Part shown: positions 1 to 8,331 of the stretch, piece after piece
Numbering within the stretch: the stretch's first letter is position 1
How the letters are laid out: every line of letters starts with the position of its first letter
Assembly (NCBI RefSeq): GCF_000007185.1
Contig: NC_003551.1
Coordinates: 870,001-902,000 of the forward strand
DNA length: 32,000 bases
Reading direction: 5' to 3'
Origin: Methanopyrus kandleri AV19
GTDB lineage: Archaea > JAADCQ01 > Methanopyri > Methanopyrales > Methanopyraceae
The notes under the pieces: generated by a model
Seen by the model: the letters and a program-made list of their open reading frames with translations, nothing else
The model's database searches: none
Told to the model about the DNA's origin: nothing
Translations under genes and position numbers: made by a program

Positions 1-13
1 GTTAATAACTGTA

Positions 14-883
14 GTGGCCATCCTACCAGCACTGATGGCTCTAGCAATGCTGGGTAGAATCTACCCGGACTACCGCTGGAAGTTTTCGGGAATTACCGCC
101 ATTATTCTCTTCGGAGTTCAAACGTACCTACATGAGCTTCCAACAGCCTTAGCAACCCCAATAATACTATTTTCTTTACTTGTTCTCAAAAATTTTAACA
201 CTCATCTTGATAGGCGAATCTCAGTAAGATTAAACAGAGTCTCGAAACCACTGCGATTCCTAACTGCTTTAATGTTAGTCCTATTCTTCATCGTGATCTG
301 TAGCGTCCTCGCTACCCCACGTTTCGCCGTGGTAGGATACAAAGTAGTGGGGTCCAGGACGGGAATGGAATACATCATTTCCTCCGATCCGTGGTTCTCT
401 GAGTGCGTTAAGCGTGTGCTCTCCGGCCATCCAATCTGGAACACTCCCCTACCGACGGACCCTCATATGGGCCCCGCCTCCCTGCTAGGTTACGAACTAG
501 GAGATCCACGGGCCGTCCCTCCTCTCTATCCCACGAAGCAGCTCGAGGTCCAACCGAGAGTGGTAGCACCACTCATTTCTTCACCATCGAGCTGGGCCGA
601 AACCTCTCTTCACGCTCTTCAGCTGGCGGAGGCGGTCGCCTCACGTGGGGCCTCTGTCGGAGAACCTCGACTCAACACTCCCACCGAGATCCGCGGGTAC
701 GGGTTGGTGGGTCAGGTCTACGATCTCTGGTGGAAGGGAGGTACTCATAGGGGTCTTCTCCTGCAAGTAAACGGTCGGGCCGTTTACGAGCGACCTTCAG
801 CTTGGCCCTCAGTGGTTCTGACGCTGATGAGTATCGCAGTGGCGGCTATTGAGACGGCTAAGAGAAAGAGCGACACTGTGTAA
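14..883 (+). CDS. membrane protein, probably the 3' part of a longer gene cut by the window edge
   Basis: ORF track. The frame stays open back to nt 2, so GTG-14 may be internal. Hydrophobic helices in the first ~100 aa and a C-terminal hydrophobic anchor (VVLTLMSIAVAAI). The 5' part is AT-richer, like the neighbouring 739-aa gene. Confidence 0.5.
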   Translation: MAILPALMALAMLGRIYPDYRWKFSGITAIILFGVQTYLHELPTALATPIILFSLLVLKNFNTHLDRRISVRLNRVSKPLRFLTALMLVLFFIVICSVLATPRFAVVGYKVVGSRTGMEYIISSDPWFSECVKRVLSGHPIWNTPLPTDPHMGPASLLGYELGDPRAVPPLYPTKQLEVQPRVVAPLISSPSSWAETSLHALQLAEAVASRGASVGEPRLNTPTEIRGYGLVGQVYDLWWKGGTHRGLLLQVNGRAVYERPSAWPSVVLTLMSIAVAAIETAKRKSDTV

Positions 884-3003
884 GCTCGGCTTTGGTGTCG
901 TTCCCATGCCACGTAGTGTAGTGTGGTGTGTTTTCCGTCGGTCTTGACGAGCATGTAGGGGCCGATGGGACAGGTTTGACCCTCCCGACCGTCCACCGCC
1001 CAGAACGGAGCCCAAGCCCAAGGAACAACCACGAATCGATGACCCCGCGAATCCAACACGTACCTATCGTTCGACACCCGGTGTAGAGCGTCATGAATTG
1101 GGCTGAGCTTCACGCACGACTCCTTGACCAGTTTCTTGACTATTGGAGAGTGTAGCGGGTGGTGTACGGGACCTAGAACGTGGACGTGGTGTGTTATCCT
1201 CCTCAGTCGCCGCACTACCTTCGACGGGGGTTCAGCGTCGAAAGCCCTACTGGAGTAAACTACGATCACTTCTTTCGCTTCTTTTGCCAGCTTCTCAGTT
1301 TCAGGATAGCTCAGCGCCTCTGAGTCTACTATGAGTATATCTCCCGACCACGGTATTTGCTCGGCGGATAATGACTGCCCACGTTCTACATTATACGGTC
1401 GTATCAGCGGTATCATCGGAAAGTGTCCGGTGGGAGCACTTCTAACTAAGTTAAGCCACAAAAAGCTATAATCAGTGTATGATCCTATGTATATCACTTT
1501 GACACTTGTCATTGGAATTATATCCCACAATGACAGTGTTGGTTTTTGACTGAAAGTGAATCCAACGATGTCGGAGTAGCTTCTAATAGTCTTAATATCG
1601 GCTCCATAATCTACACTTGTTAGCGGTAAGAGAGTCAAAACTTTGCGTGCGATATCTTCATCAAAAAGGTGACGCTGACCTGGATGTGCTAGTTGTTCAC
1701 AGCATTCTCTACCGCCGCTATTGAGGAATAAAATAGAAGACAGTATTCGTGAGCTTACTTCGGAGCATCCTTGGTAAAATGCACCTCCTAAAATGTATGT
1801 TGGACGTTCAGATAATGTGCTTAATGGGCATGCTAATGAGAATAATCCTAAATGGGCATTGGATGCCCTATAATCATGCGAAACGATTGCAGGTGAGGAA
1901 AACTCGTATTCAACAACAATTGGAATCATTGGTGTGGGGCTTATAACTTTTAATATGATGCCTACGCTAACAAGAGCAAATATTGCAGAATATGTTGTGA
2001 GAGACAATTTTATCTTAGAGAATATTTTGGGGGTGATTACAATTATGAGTGTGCACGCTATTAGCGGCATTCTGTACATATCAAGTTGTGTTAATATCTT
2101 TGATATACTCAATATGATATAATGAATCTTAGGTGATAGAAATACTGCTAGTCCAAATAACGGAATTAATCCTATTGTTCCAATTACAAACTTCTTCTTG
2201 TGTGAAATATTAAGCAAGAGTAGTGATAAAAATGTCATTGAAGTGACGACTATAGTCGCTAGTATGGTATCGTACACGTCAAATATTGAAAAACCCATCG
2301 TTGTAGATTCAGGCAAATTATCGAATTCTAACTTACCTACACTACTAGCGAATAATAATACTGGAAAAGTCACTATTATAGGTAGGAAGAAAATGGGACT
2401 GTCTAAAATCCCAGCTACTATCAGAGGAGGAATAGAGTAAATGAAATTTGAATATAATGAAGCTGTCCATAGTACGAAACTAAACATTCTCTTAATTGGA
2501 TCTTTCAATTTTGAGTTCCATATAATAACTGCTATCGCTGCTAGTGAATAAGACATCGTAGTAGCTATTCTAATGTATTTAACCTCGTAAAGAATTGCGA
2601 TAGGATATAATGCTAAGTATGCTAGTAATGCGATAGTTGCCTCGGCAGAGTTGAGATTGAGTATTTGCAATATGATCCACGCGATTATCGGAGCTAATCG
2701 TAAAAGTTCTTCTCCAATACAAGTTGCTAGAAAGATATCCTTTACCAAAAATTTATGGATTACTACTGGCACCATGAATGGTAATATGGGGTAATTAGCT
2801 AAAGGTGGTCGTCCTAAATATGAATACGGATCCCAATCAGAACCACTTAATCCATATTTTTCTATCAGATATGATTTGAGTGATTGTATTGCTAAATCTA
2901 AGTAGATAATATGTTTGCCTAAATCTGGTGCCTCATATTCTACTATGAAATTAAGGATAATTATCATTACAATAGCCAGAATGGTTGTAATTCTGATTTC
3001 CAT
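784..3003 (-). CDS. 739-aa polytopic membrane protein with soluble C-terminal domain and terminal TM anchor (surface-glycan assembly role guessed from context only)
   Basis: Long uninterrupted ORF. The N-terminal ~370 aa is almost entirely hydrophobic helices, followed by a soluble domain and a final hydrophobic segment (VSLFLLAVSIAATAILISV). Last gene of a same-strand sugar-nucleotide/GtrA operon. No catalytic motif recognised. Confidence 0.7.
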   Translation of the reverse strand: MEIRITTILAIVMIIILNFIVEYEAPDLGKHIIYLDLAIQSLKSYLIEKYGLSGSDWDPYSYLGRPPLANYPILPFMVPVVIHKFLVKDIFLATCIGEELLRLAPIIAWIILQILNLNSAEATIALLAYLALYPIAILYEVKYIRIATTMSYSLAAIAVIIWNSKLKDPIKRMFSFVLWTASLYSNFIYSIPPLIVAGILDSPIFFLPIIVTFPVLLFASSVGKLEFDNLPESTTMGFSIFDVYDTILATIVVTSMTFLSLLLLNISHKKKFVIGTIGLIPLFGLAVFLSPKIHYIILSISKILTQLDMYRMPLIACTLIIVITPKIFSKIKLSLTTYSAIFALVSVGIILKVISPTPMIPIVVEYEFSSPAIVSHDYRASNAHLGLFSLACPLSTLSERPTYILGGAFYQGCSEVSSRILSSILFLNSGGRECCEQLAHPGQRHLFDEDIARKVLTLLPLTSVDYGADIKTIRSYSDIVGFTFSQKPTLSLWDIIPMTSVKVIYIGSYTDYSFLWLNLVRSAPTGHFPMIPLIRPYNVERGQSLSAEQIPWSGDILIVDSEALSYPETEKLAKEAKEVIVVYSSRAFDAEPPSKVVRRLRRITHHVHVLGPVHHPLHSPIVKKLVKESCVKLSPIHDALHRVSNDRYVLDSRGHRFVVVPWAWAPFWAVDGREGQTCPIGPYMLVKTDGKHTTLHYVAWERHQSRAYTVSLFLLAVSIAATAILISVRTTEGQAEGRS

Positions 3004-3563
3004 GTAAATACACCCGAGTATGCATTCTCGGGTAGCATACAGATTATGTTCCAGTTTCCTTGTATGAGTACTACTTCGATACCTTTAATTACTTCGCCTC
3101 TTCCTTTTGCTACTACGAGGCTATTACGTGTCGGAATTAAAAGTAAATCTTTTTCAATTTTAACAACATCTATGCAAGGGAATGATAAACAAATAGGGTT
3201 TGACGAAATACCATAGTAGGTGACAATCGGATTATCAGAGGATTTTGTTAAGTTGTCATAGTTTAGTGTAGGCAACATTGTAACAGGTGCGCCGATACTG
3301 ATCACTCCTACACGCTTCAAGCCATATAGCATTATTTGTCTACAGTTCACTACAGTTCGTGTTGGAAGATAAGTATTAATTGCAGGTCCTAGAACACTAG
3401 GGTACTGGAGTGTTTTAAGAAGATCATGTTCATCAAAATATGGGTATGTAACTTTCCCTTTTACTATTTGGTATCTCGGAATAGAGGCCGCGTAAGCGTT
3501 CACCAGTGCAAGTGTTGCGATCACCCCTGCGGCGATGGTTTTAATTTGTTTAGTACCCACCAT
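2967..3563 (-). CDS. small exported or membrane-anchored protein (start revised from ORF-track 3794)
   Basis: Internal ATG at 3563..3561 is preceded 5 nt upstream by GGAGGTGA. The product starts MVGTKQIKTIAAGVIATLALVNAYAA (N-terminal hydrophobic anchor). The upstream 77 codons of the track ORF overlap the preceding gene and look non-coding. Confidence 0.6.
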   Translation of the reverse strand: MVGTKQIKTIAAGVIATLALVNAYAASIPRYQIVKGKVTYPYFDEHDLLKTLQYPSVLGPAINTYLPTRTVVNCRQIMLYGLKRVGVISIGAPVTMLPTLNYDNLTKSSDNPIVTYYGISSNPICLSFPCIDVVKIEKDLLLIPTRNSLVVAKGRGEVIKGIEVVLIQGNWNIICMLPENAYSGVFTWKSELQPFWLL

Positions 3564-4090
3564 GCCGTCACCTCCAATGTTACTGCCGAAGCTACTGCGA
3601 CTGAGAATTGTAACGCTACGCTCGGCAGAGGTACGATAGGCCAGGCTTGATACTTGTACCAGGCGACGAGGGCGTTGATTGTTGCGGTGATGAGAGCCCC
3701 GGAGAGAACAGCTAGACGCGGTGACATCGGATCTATTAACGTCCGTAGGAGCCAGGCGACCGTAGTCGATGCCGAGTAGGCGACATCGGCCCACTGATCG
3801 ATCCCAACGAAGATCACCGCAAGAGCGGAACCGAGGGCGTACAGAACTATCAGTGCGTCCGTGACTCCGTATGCGAGGAAGATCGGGGCACCGGTGAAGT
3901 ACGCGTACAAGTTCCCTGGAACGGGTATCGCCAGCCCATATACTAGGACCGCTACGGGGGTAAGGTACCCGAGCGAGTACAGCTGAATGAGGGCTCTTGC
4001 CGGTCGCTTGGCGATCACGTAGATGGCGGCCAGAAAAGGTAAGCTGGTGATTATCGTGTTAATCGTCACCACGGTCTCGGGACTCAGCAT
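3521..4090 (-). CDS. multi-pass membrane protein
   Basis: ORF track. Several hydrophobic helices rich in A/L/V/G with GC-rich codon usage. Same strand and overlapping or abutting its operon neighbours. Confidence 0.6.
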   Translation of the reverse strand: MLSPETVVTINTIITSLPFLAAIYVIAKRPARALIQLYSLGYLTPVAVLVYGLAIPVPGNLYAYFTGAPIFLAYGVTDALIVLYALGSALAVIFVGIDQWADVAYSASTTVAWLLRTLIDPMSPRLAVLSGALITATINALVAWYKYQAWPIVPLPSVALQFSVAVASAVTLEVTAWWVLNKLKPSPQG

Positions 4091-4502
4091 ACAGCGGTCC
4101 TCCGGCGATTTTCTCCGTAATTTCCCGGATGCAAATCCGTAAGGCGCGACCCGTGTCGTCCTCTCGGAGTGCCTCCTCGAGTTCCTTCTCTCGGTCGAGC
4201 TTTAAGGACTTCCTCCTATGCCTCGCGAGGTTCTCGGCGATTTCTTTCAGCACCTTCTCGCCGGTGATCCGGTAAAGGGCTAGGAGGGCTGCTTCGGCGG
4301 CAAGGCTGAATTCCGGTGGCGTCCAAGGTATCTTGGCGAACACTAGTACGAACGCGAGGATTATCGTAAATAAGACGATGAGTGGAGCGAGCGTCAGCAC
4401 GATGGCTGCGATTAGCACGGGGAGGACGAAGAACAGGAAGAACAGATAGGCGAGGATTCTAACGGCCTCACCCGCTTCGATCTTCATGTTCAGATCACCC
4501 AC
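4059..4502 (-). CDS. membrane protein with charged helical C-terminal tail
   Basis: ORF track (GTG start at 4502). An alternative ATG at 4487 lies just after the upstream gene's TGA (4490-4492). Two long hydrophobic helices, then a K/E/R-rich tail. Confidence 0.55.
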   Translation of the reverse strand: MGDLNMKIEAGEAVRILAYLFFLFFVLPVLIAAIVLTLAPLIVLFTIILAFVLVFAKIPWTPPEFSLAAEAALLALYRITGEKVLKEIAENLARHRRKSLKLDREKELEEALREDDTGRALRICIREITEKIAGGPLYAESRDRGDD

Positions 4503-5560
4503 TCATCCTCGAGGTCCCGCTCGGCTTCCTTACCGGGAGCCACCCGAACACCCTTGAGGTTGCAACCACACACCTCGGCATCATGACCCAGCACACACCC
4601 GTCGAGCCGTGCGTTCTCGATCTTACACCCTTCGGCTACGATGGTGTTGCGGACCTCAGAGTCGATGATCTCTACATCGTCTAGGATGACGGAGTTCTCG
4701 ATTACTGATCCGTTAATTTCTGTCCTCTCACCCACGTACACGTACGGTCCGATCTCTGAGGATCGGAGCTCGGTCATCGGTGCGGCTACTACCGGTGGCT
4801 TCAAGTCGGTATCGGTGATCCGTGCTCCTACCACGGACTTCCCAGAACATTCATGCTCCATCAGAACGCGATGTGCTTCGAGGTAAGTTTCGGGGAGGCC
4901 CACGTCCACCCAGTATCCTTCGAACTTGAACCCGTATAGCAGGCCTTCCTCGGCGAGTTTCGGGAAGATCTCGCGCTCGATCGATACGGGGCGCCCTTCG
5001 GGTATGTAGTCCAGCACCTCCCGGTCCAGCACGTACGCGCCGGCATTGATGAGGTTCGAGGGAGCCTCCTCCGGCTCGGGCTTCTCGACGAAGTCGAGGA
5101 TGCGGTCGTCATCGTCCAGGTCCACTACACCGAAGCGTGAGACTTCGTCTTCGGGTACTGGATACAGGGCTATCGTGGCGATCCCGTCGTGCTCACGGTG
5201 GAACTTCAACATCTGGCGTACGTCGAGCGAGGAGACTATGTCCCCGTTGAACGCTACGAAGGCGTCGGCCGTGGAGTCTCGGCACGCGAACTTGATCGCA
5301 CCGGCGGTGTCGAGTGGCTTGGGTTCTACCTTCAGGTGAAGCTTCCTGGGGAGGGGATCGGACTCGACGTACCGCTCGAGCTTCTCGGAGCTGAAACCGG
5401 CGGCGATGTGAACGTGAACGACGTCACGGGGTAGGGAGCGGATCACCCACTCGATGAGCGGCTTACCCAGGATGGGAACCAGGGGTTTAGGCGTATCCCA
5501 GGTCAGGGGGCGCAGTCTTGTGCCGAACCCGCCCGCGAGCACCACCGCGTCCACGTTCAA
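4490..5560 (-). CDS. sugar-1-phosphate nucleotidyltransferase with C-terminal left-handed beta-helix domain (GlmU-like/archaeal bifunctional type)
   Basis: N-terminal LAGGFGTRLRPLTWDTPKPLVP pyrophosphorylase signature. The C-terminal region has hexapeptide-like repeats (VIENSVILDDVEIIDSEVRNTIVAEGCKIENARLDGCVLG). Confidence 0.85.
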   Translation of the reverse strand: MNVDAVVLAGGFGTRLRPLTWDTPKPLVPILGKPLIEWVIRSLPRDVVHVHIAAGFSSEKLERYVESDPLPRKLHLKVEPKPLDTAGAIKFACRDSTADAFVAFNGDIVSSLDVRQMLKFHREHDGIATIALYPVPEDEVSRFGVVDLDDDDRILDFVEKPEPEEAPSNLINAGAYVLDREVLDYIPEGRPVSIEREIFPKLAEEGLLYGFKFEGYWVDVGLPETYLEAHRVLMEHECSGKSVVGARITDTDLKPPVVAAPMTELRSSEIGPYVYVGERTEINGSVIENSVILDDVEIIDSEVRNTIVAEGCKIENARLDGCVLGHDAEVCGCNLKGVRVAPGKEAERDLEDEWVI

Positions 5561-5581
5561 CGTTCGACCTCCCCTGACGCG

Positions 5582-6508
5582 CTACACGTGGTTCCACCAG
5601 CTTCGTGCTTCCGTGGTGTCCACGGGACCGTAAGCCTCGTCGACCAGGAGGTACAGCACGGGGAGGGTCTCGACGGGCGCGTTCGGGTCTTCGGGATCGA
5701 CGTCGAGCCCGAGGTCCTCGGGCCGTACGACGGTGGCTTCGCCACCGGATCGCTCTTCGATCAAATCCGCGCCCTTCTCGTTCAGGCACAAGTAAAGCCT
5801 TTCGGAGTGATCACCGAAGAATCTACCGTGGAAGAGCTCGTCGGAGGTCGTCGCGAAGGCGTTCACGTCCCCTACCTCGATCGACTTTAGCGCGGCCTGC
5901 TCCGCGGCGACGTACAGGTACTTGTCACCGATGAAGAACACCTTCTCACGATCCCGCATCTCGAGAATTACGTCCTCCGGAACGCCGCGCTCCAGGCGGC
6001 GTTCCACCCTATCGGGGACGTCGGGGTCCACGAGGTCCTCGCCCGAGAGTTCCGAAGCGTAGGCGCACAACGCGAACATAGCCGACACGATGGTGCGGGT
6101 GTTGAGGAAACCTTCCTCGCGCTCTACCGGGAGGAGTAGCAGGTAGTCGGCGAGATCGGCCAGTGGAGAGTTCTCCTCACAGGTAACGGCCAGGATTTCG
6201 CAACCCAAGGCACGGGCGATCGAGTGGGAATCTTTACCCCCGGACATCGAAACTACGATCGCGAGATCGGCTCCATCAGCCCAAGCCGCCAGCCGTCCCG
6301 GATGCGATACCGTCGCGATGTTCAGCTCGTGGGTGAACAGTAGCGAGGCGTAGTGAGCCACGTGGTGACTACTACCTGAGCCCGTAGTAAGTATGAACTG
6401 ATAAGATGATAATCGGGGTAAATCCTCAAATCCTAGGGTGAGCACTGCCCTCAGATCATCCGGGGTTCTCTCCACGTCATCCCTCATGTGCTCGCTCAAG
6501 CAGTACAC
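5582..6508 (-). CDS. SIS-domain phosphosugar isomerase (GlmS isomerase-domain / GlmD-like, no glutaminase domain)
   Basis: 308 aa with SIS-type segments (ILTTGSGSSHHVAHYASLLF ... AIVVSMSGGKDS). No N-terminal Ntn glutaminase domain. Located between GtrA-like and nucleotidyltransferase genes. Confidence 0.7.
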   Translation of the reverse strand: MYCLSEHMRDDVERTPDDLRAVLTLGFEDLPRLSSYQFILTTGSGSSHHVAHYASLLFTHELNIATVSHPGRLAAWADGADLAIVVSMSGGKDSHSIARALGCEILAVTCEENSPLADLADYLLLLPVEREEGFLNTRTIVSAMFALCAYASELSGEDLVDPDVPDRVERRLERGVPEDVILEMRDREKVFFIGDKYLYVAAEQAALKSIEVGDVNAFATTSDELFHGRFFGDHSERLYLCLNEKGADLIEERSGGEATVVRPEDLGLDVDPEDPNAPVETLPVLYLLVDEAYGPVDTTEARSWWNHV

Positions 6509-6932
6509 CCCAGGTTACCCGATTATTCATCCAGTAATTCCAGAGTGTGGCGGCGGCGATACCGAAAAGGGCCGAAGCGATATAATAAATATGGAGAAGC
6601 TCGGTCAGCGTCCATAGGACCGCTGTGTTGATCACCAGACCGCCGGCACAGATGATGTTGAAGGCCGCGAGACGCTTTAGGAAGTTCAGCAGACCGGGGT
6701 CTCGACGGTCCCTCCACGTCCATAGATCGTTGAGGATGAAGTTCGATATTATGGAAACTTCAACGGCGATGATGTTCGACACGACGTAGTAGATCCCGAC
6801 GACCTCCGTGAGGAACCACAGGAGGCCTAAATTGACGAACACTCCGGAGAGACCGACGAGTGAGAACTTTAGGAACCTCTCCGGGCCGTCGACGCCCGGC
6901 GTTCGCTCCAGTATGCGGAACAGGATCTTCAA
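6477..6932 (-). CDS. GtrA-family membrane protein
   Basis: 151 aa with four hydrophobic helices and a GtrA-like pattern (KFSLVGLSGVFVNLGLLWFL ... ISNFILNDLWTWRD). TTG start at 6932 with GGTGAT 5 nt upstream. Confidence 0.8.
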   Translation of the reverse strand: MKILFRILERTPGVDGPERFLKFSLVGLSGVFVNLGLLWFLTEVVGIYYVVSNIIAVEVSIISNFILNDLWTWRDRRDPGLLNFLKRLAAFNIICAGGLVINTAVLWTLTELLHIYYIASALFGIAAATLWNYWMNNRVTWGVLLERAHEG

Positions 6933-6956
6933 AGCCCATCACCCGGGGGTCGATCG

Positions 6957-8327
6957 ATGGGGAAGTTGTTCGGCACTTTCGGAGTCCGGGGTGTTGTGGG
7001 CGAGGATCTCACTGAGGACGTCGCCCGAAGGTTGGGACTCGCGTTCGGAACGTACCTCGGAGGTGACGCGGAAGTCCTCGTCGGCGGTGACACCCGGACC
7101 AGCACCGACACTCTCAAGGATGCTCTGATCTCGGGGCTAACCGCCGCGGGCTGCGACGTCGTCGATGTGGGGATCGCACCGACTCCGGCCGTGCAGTACC
7201 TGGTGGACGCCGAGGGGTTCGACGCCGGCGCCGTGGTGACGGCGTCGCACAACCCGCCCGAGTTCAACGGTATCAAGCTGTTGGGCTCGGACGGGTGCGG
7301 ATTGTCCAGGGAAGATGAGCAGGAAATCGAGAGGATTTACTTCGAGGAGAACCCGGATCGGGCCTCGTGGGATCGTGTGGGTAACCGGGTTTCGGCGCCG
7401 GACCTGCTCCTGAACTTCGAGGAGGCCGTACTCGATTACGTGGGTGACTTCGACGGAGAGGGTCTGCGAGTCGTTGTCGACGCGGCGAACGGCGCGGCGT
7501 CGTCGGTCACGCCGCGACTCCTCTCGGAGCTCGGTGTCGAGGTGATCAGTGTCAACGCACATCCGGACGGGCGGTTCCCCGGACGTGAGCCCGAGCCGTC
7601 GGAGGAGAACCTGGAGACTACGATGAACATGGTGAGAGCGGCCGGCGCGGACTTCGGGTTAGCCCACGACGGGGATGCTGATCGACTGATTCTCATCACG
7701 GGTGACGGCGAGTTCGTCCCCGGGGACTACTCGCTGGCGATCGTGGCGGCGTGGGCGCTCGACGAGGGTAAGGGGAGTCAGGTAGTCACCCCGGTCAGCT
7801 CCTCGATGTGCGTACAGAAGGTGGTAGAGGACCGCGGTGGAGAGGTGATCTGGACGAAGGTGGGAGAGCCCGTCGTCGTGGAGGAGCTCAAGCGGGCGGA
7901 GGATCCCGCACTGGGTGGTGAGGAGAACGGTGGAATAATCTACCCGGACTTCCACCTCTCCCGGAACGGAATCATCACCGCCTTGCTGATCTGTAAGCTG
8001 GTCGCCGAGGTGGGATCGCTCGACGACCTACTGGCCGAGGTGCCCAAGTACCACCTGCACAAGACCGGTGTGGAGTGCCCCGACGATCTCAAGCCGAAGG
8101 TCATGGAGCGTGTCGAATCGCTGGTCGAAGAGGAGGAGTTGGAGGATGTCCTGACGATCGACGGCGTGAAGTTGTTCTACGAGGATGGTTGGGTGCTCGT
8201 ACGGCCTTCGGGCACGGAGCCTTTGATCAGGGTCTTCGGAGAAGCGCGAGATCGAGAGACCGCCATCAGGCGGGTGGAGCACTGGAAGGAACGCGTCGAG
8301 GAGATCGTCTCGGAGCTGAAGGGGTAG
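6957..8327 (+). CDS. glmM: phosphoglucosamine/phosphohexose mutase
   Basis: Alpha-D-phosphohexomutase signatures: GVRG near the N-terminus, active-site loop TASHNPPEFNGIK, metal-binding HDGDADR, and C-terminal RPSGTEP. Confidence 0.9.
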   Translation: MGKLFGTFGVRGVVGEDLTEDVARRLGLAFGTYLGGDAEVLVGGDTRTSTDTLKDALISGLTAAGCDVVDVGIAPTPAVQYLVDAEGFDAGAVVTASHNPPEFNGIKLLGSDGCGLSREDEQEIERIYFEENPDRASWDRVGNRVSAPDLLLNFEEAVLDYVGDFDGEGLRVVVDAANGAASSVTPRLLSELGVEVISVNAHPDGRFPGREPEPSEENLETTMNMVRAAGADFGLAHDGDADRLILITGDGEFVPGDYSLAIVAAWALDEGKGSQVVTPVSSSMCVQKVVEDRGGEVIWTKVGEPVVVEELKRAEDPALGGEENGGIIYPDFHLSRNGIITALLICKLVAEVGSLDDLLAEVPKYHLHKTGVECPDDLKPKVMERVESLVEEEELEDVLTIDGVKLFYEDGWVLVRPSGTEPLIRVFGEARDRETAIRRVEHWKERVEEIVSELKG

Positions 8328-8331
8328 CTGG

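Noticed and set aside
1320-3480. AT-rich block as a prophage or IS insertion
   Set aside because: The reading frames run continuously across both composition boundaries, and no integrase, transposase or terminal repeats are present. It is better described as a mosaic segment within existing genes.
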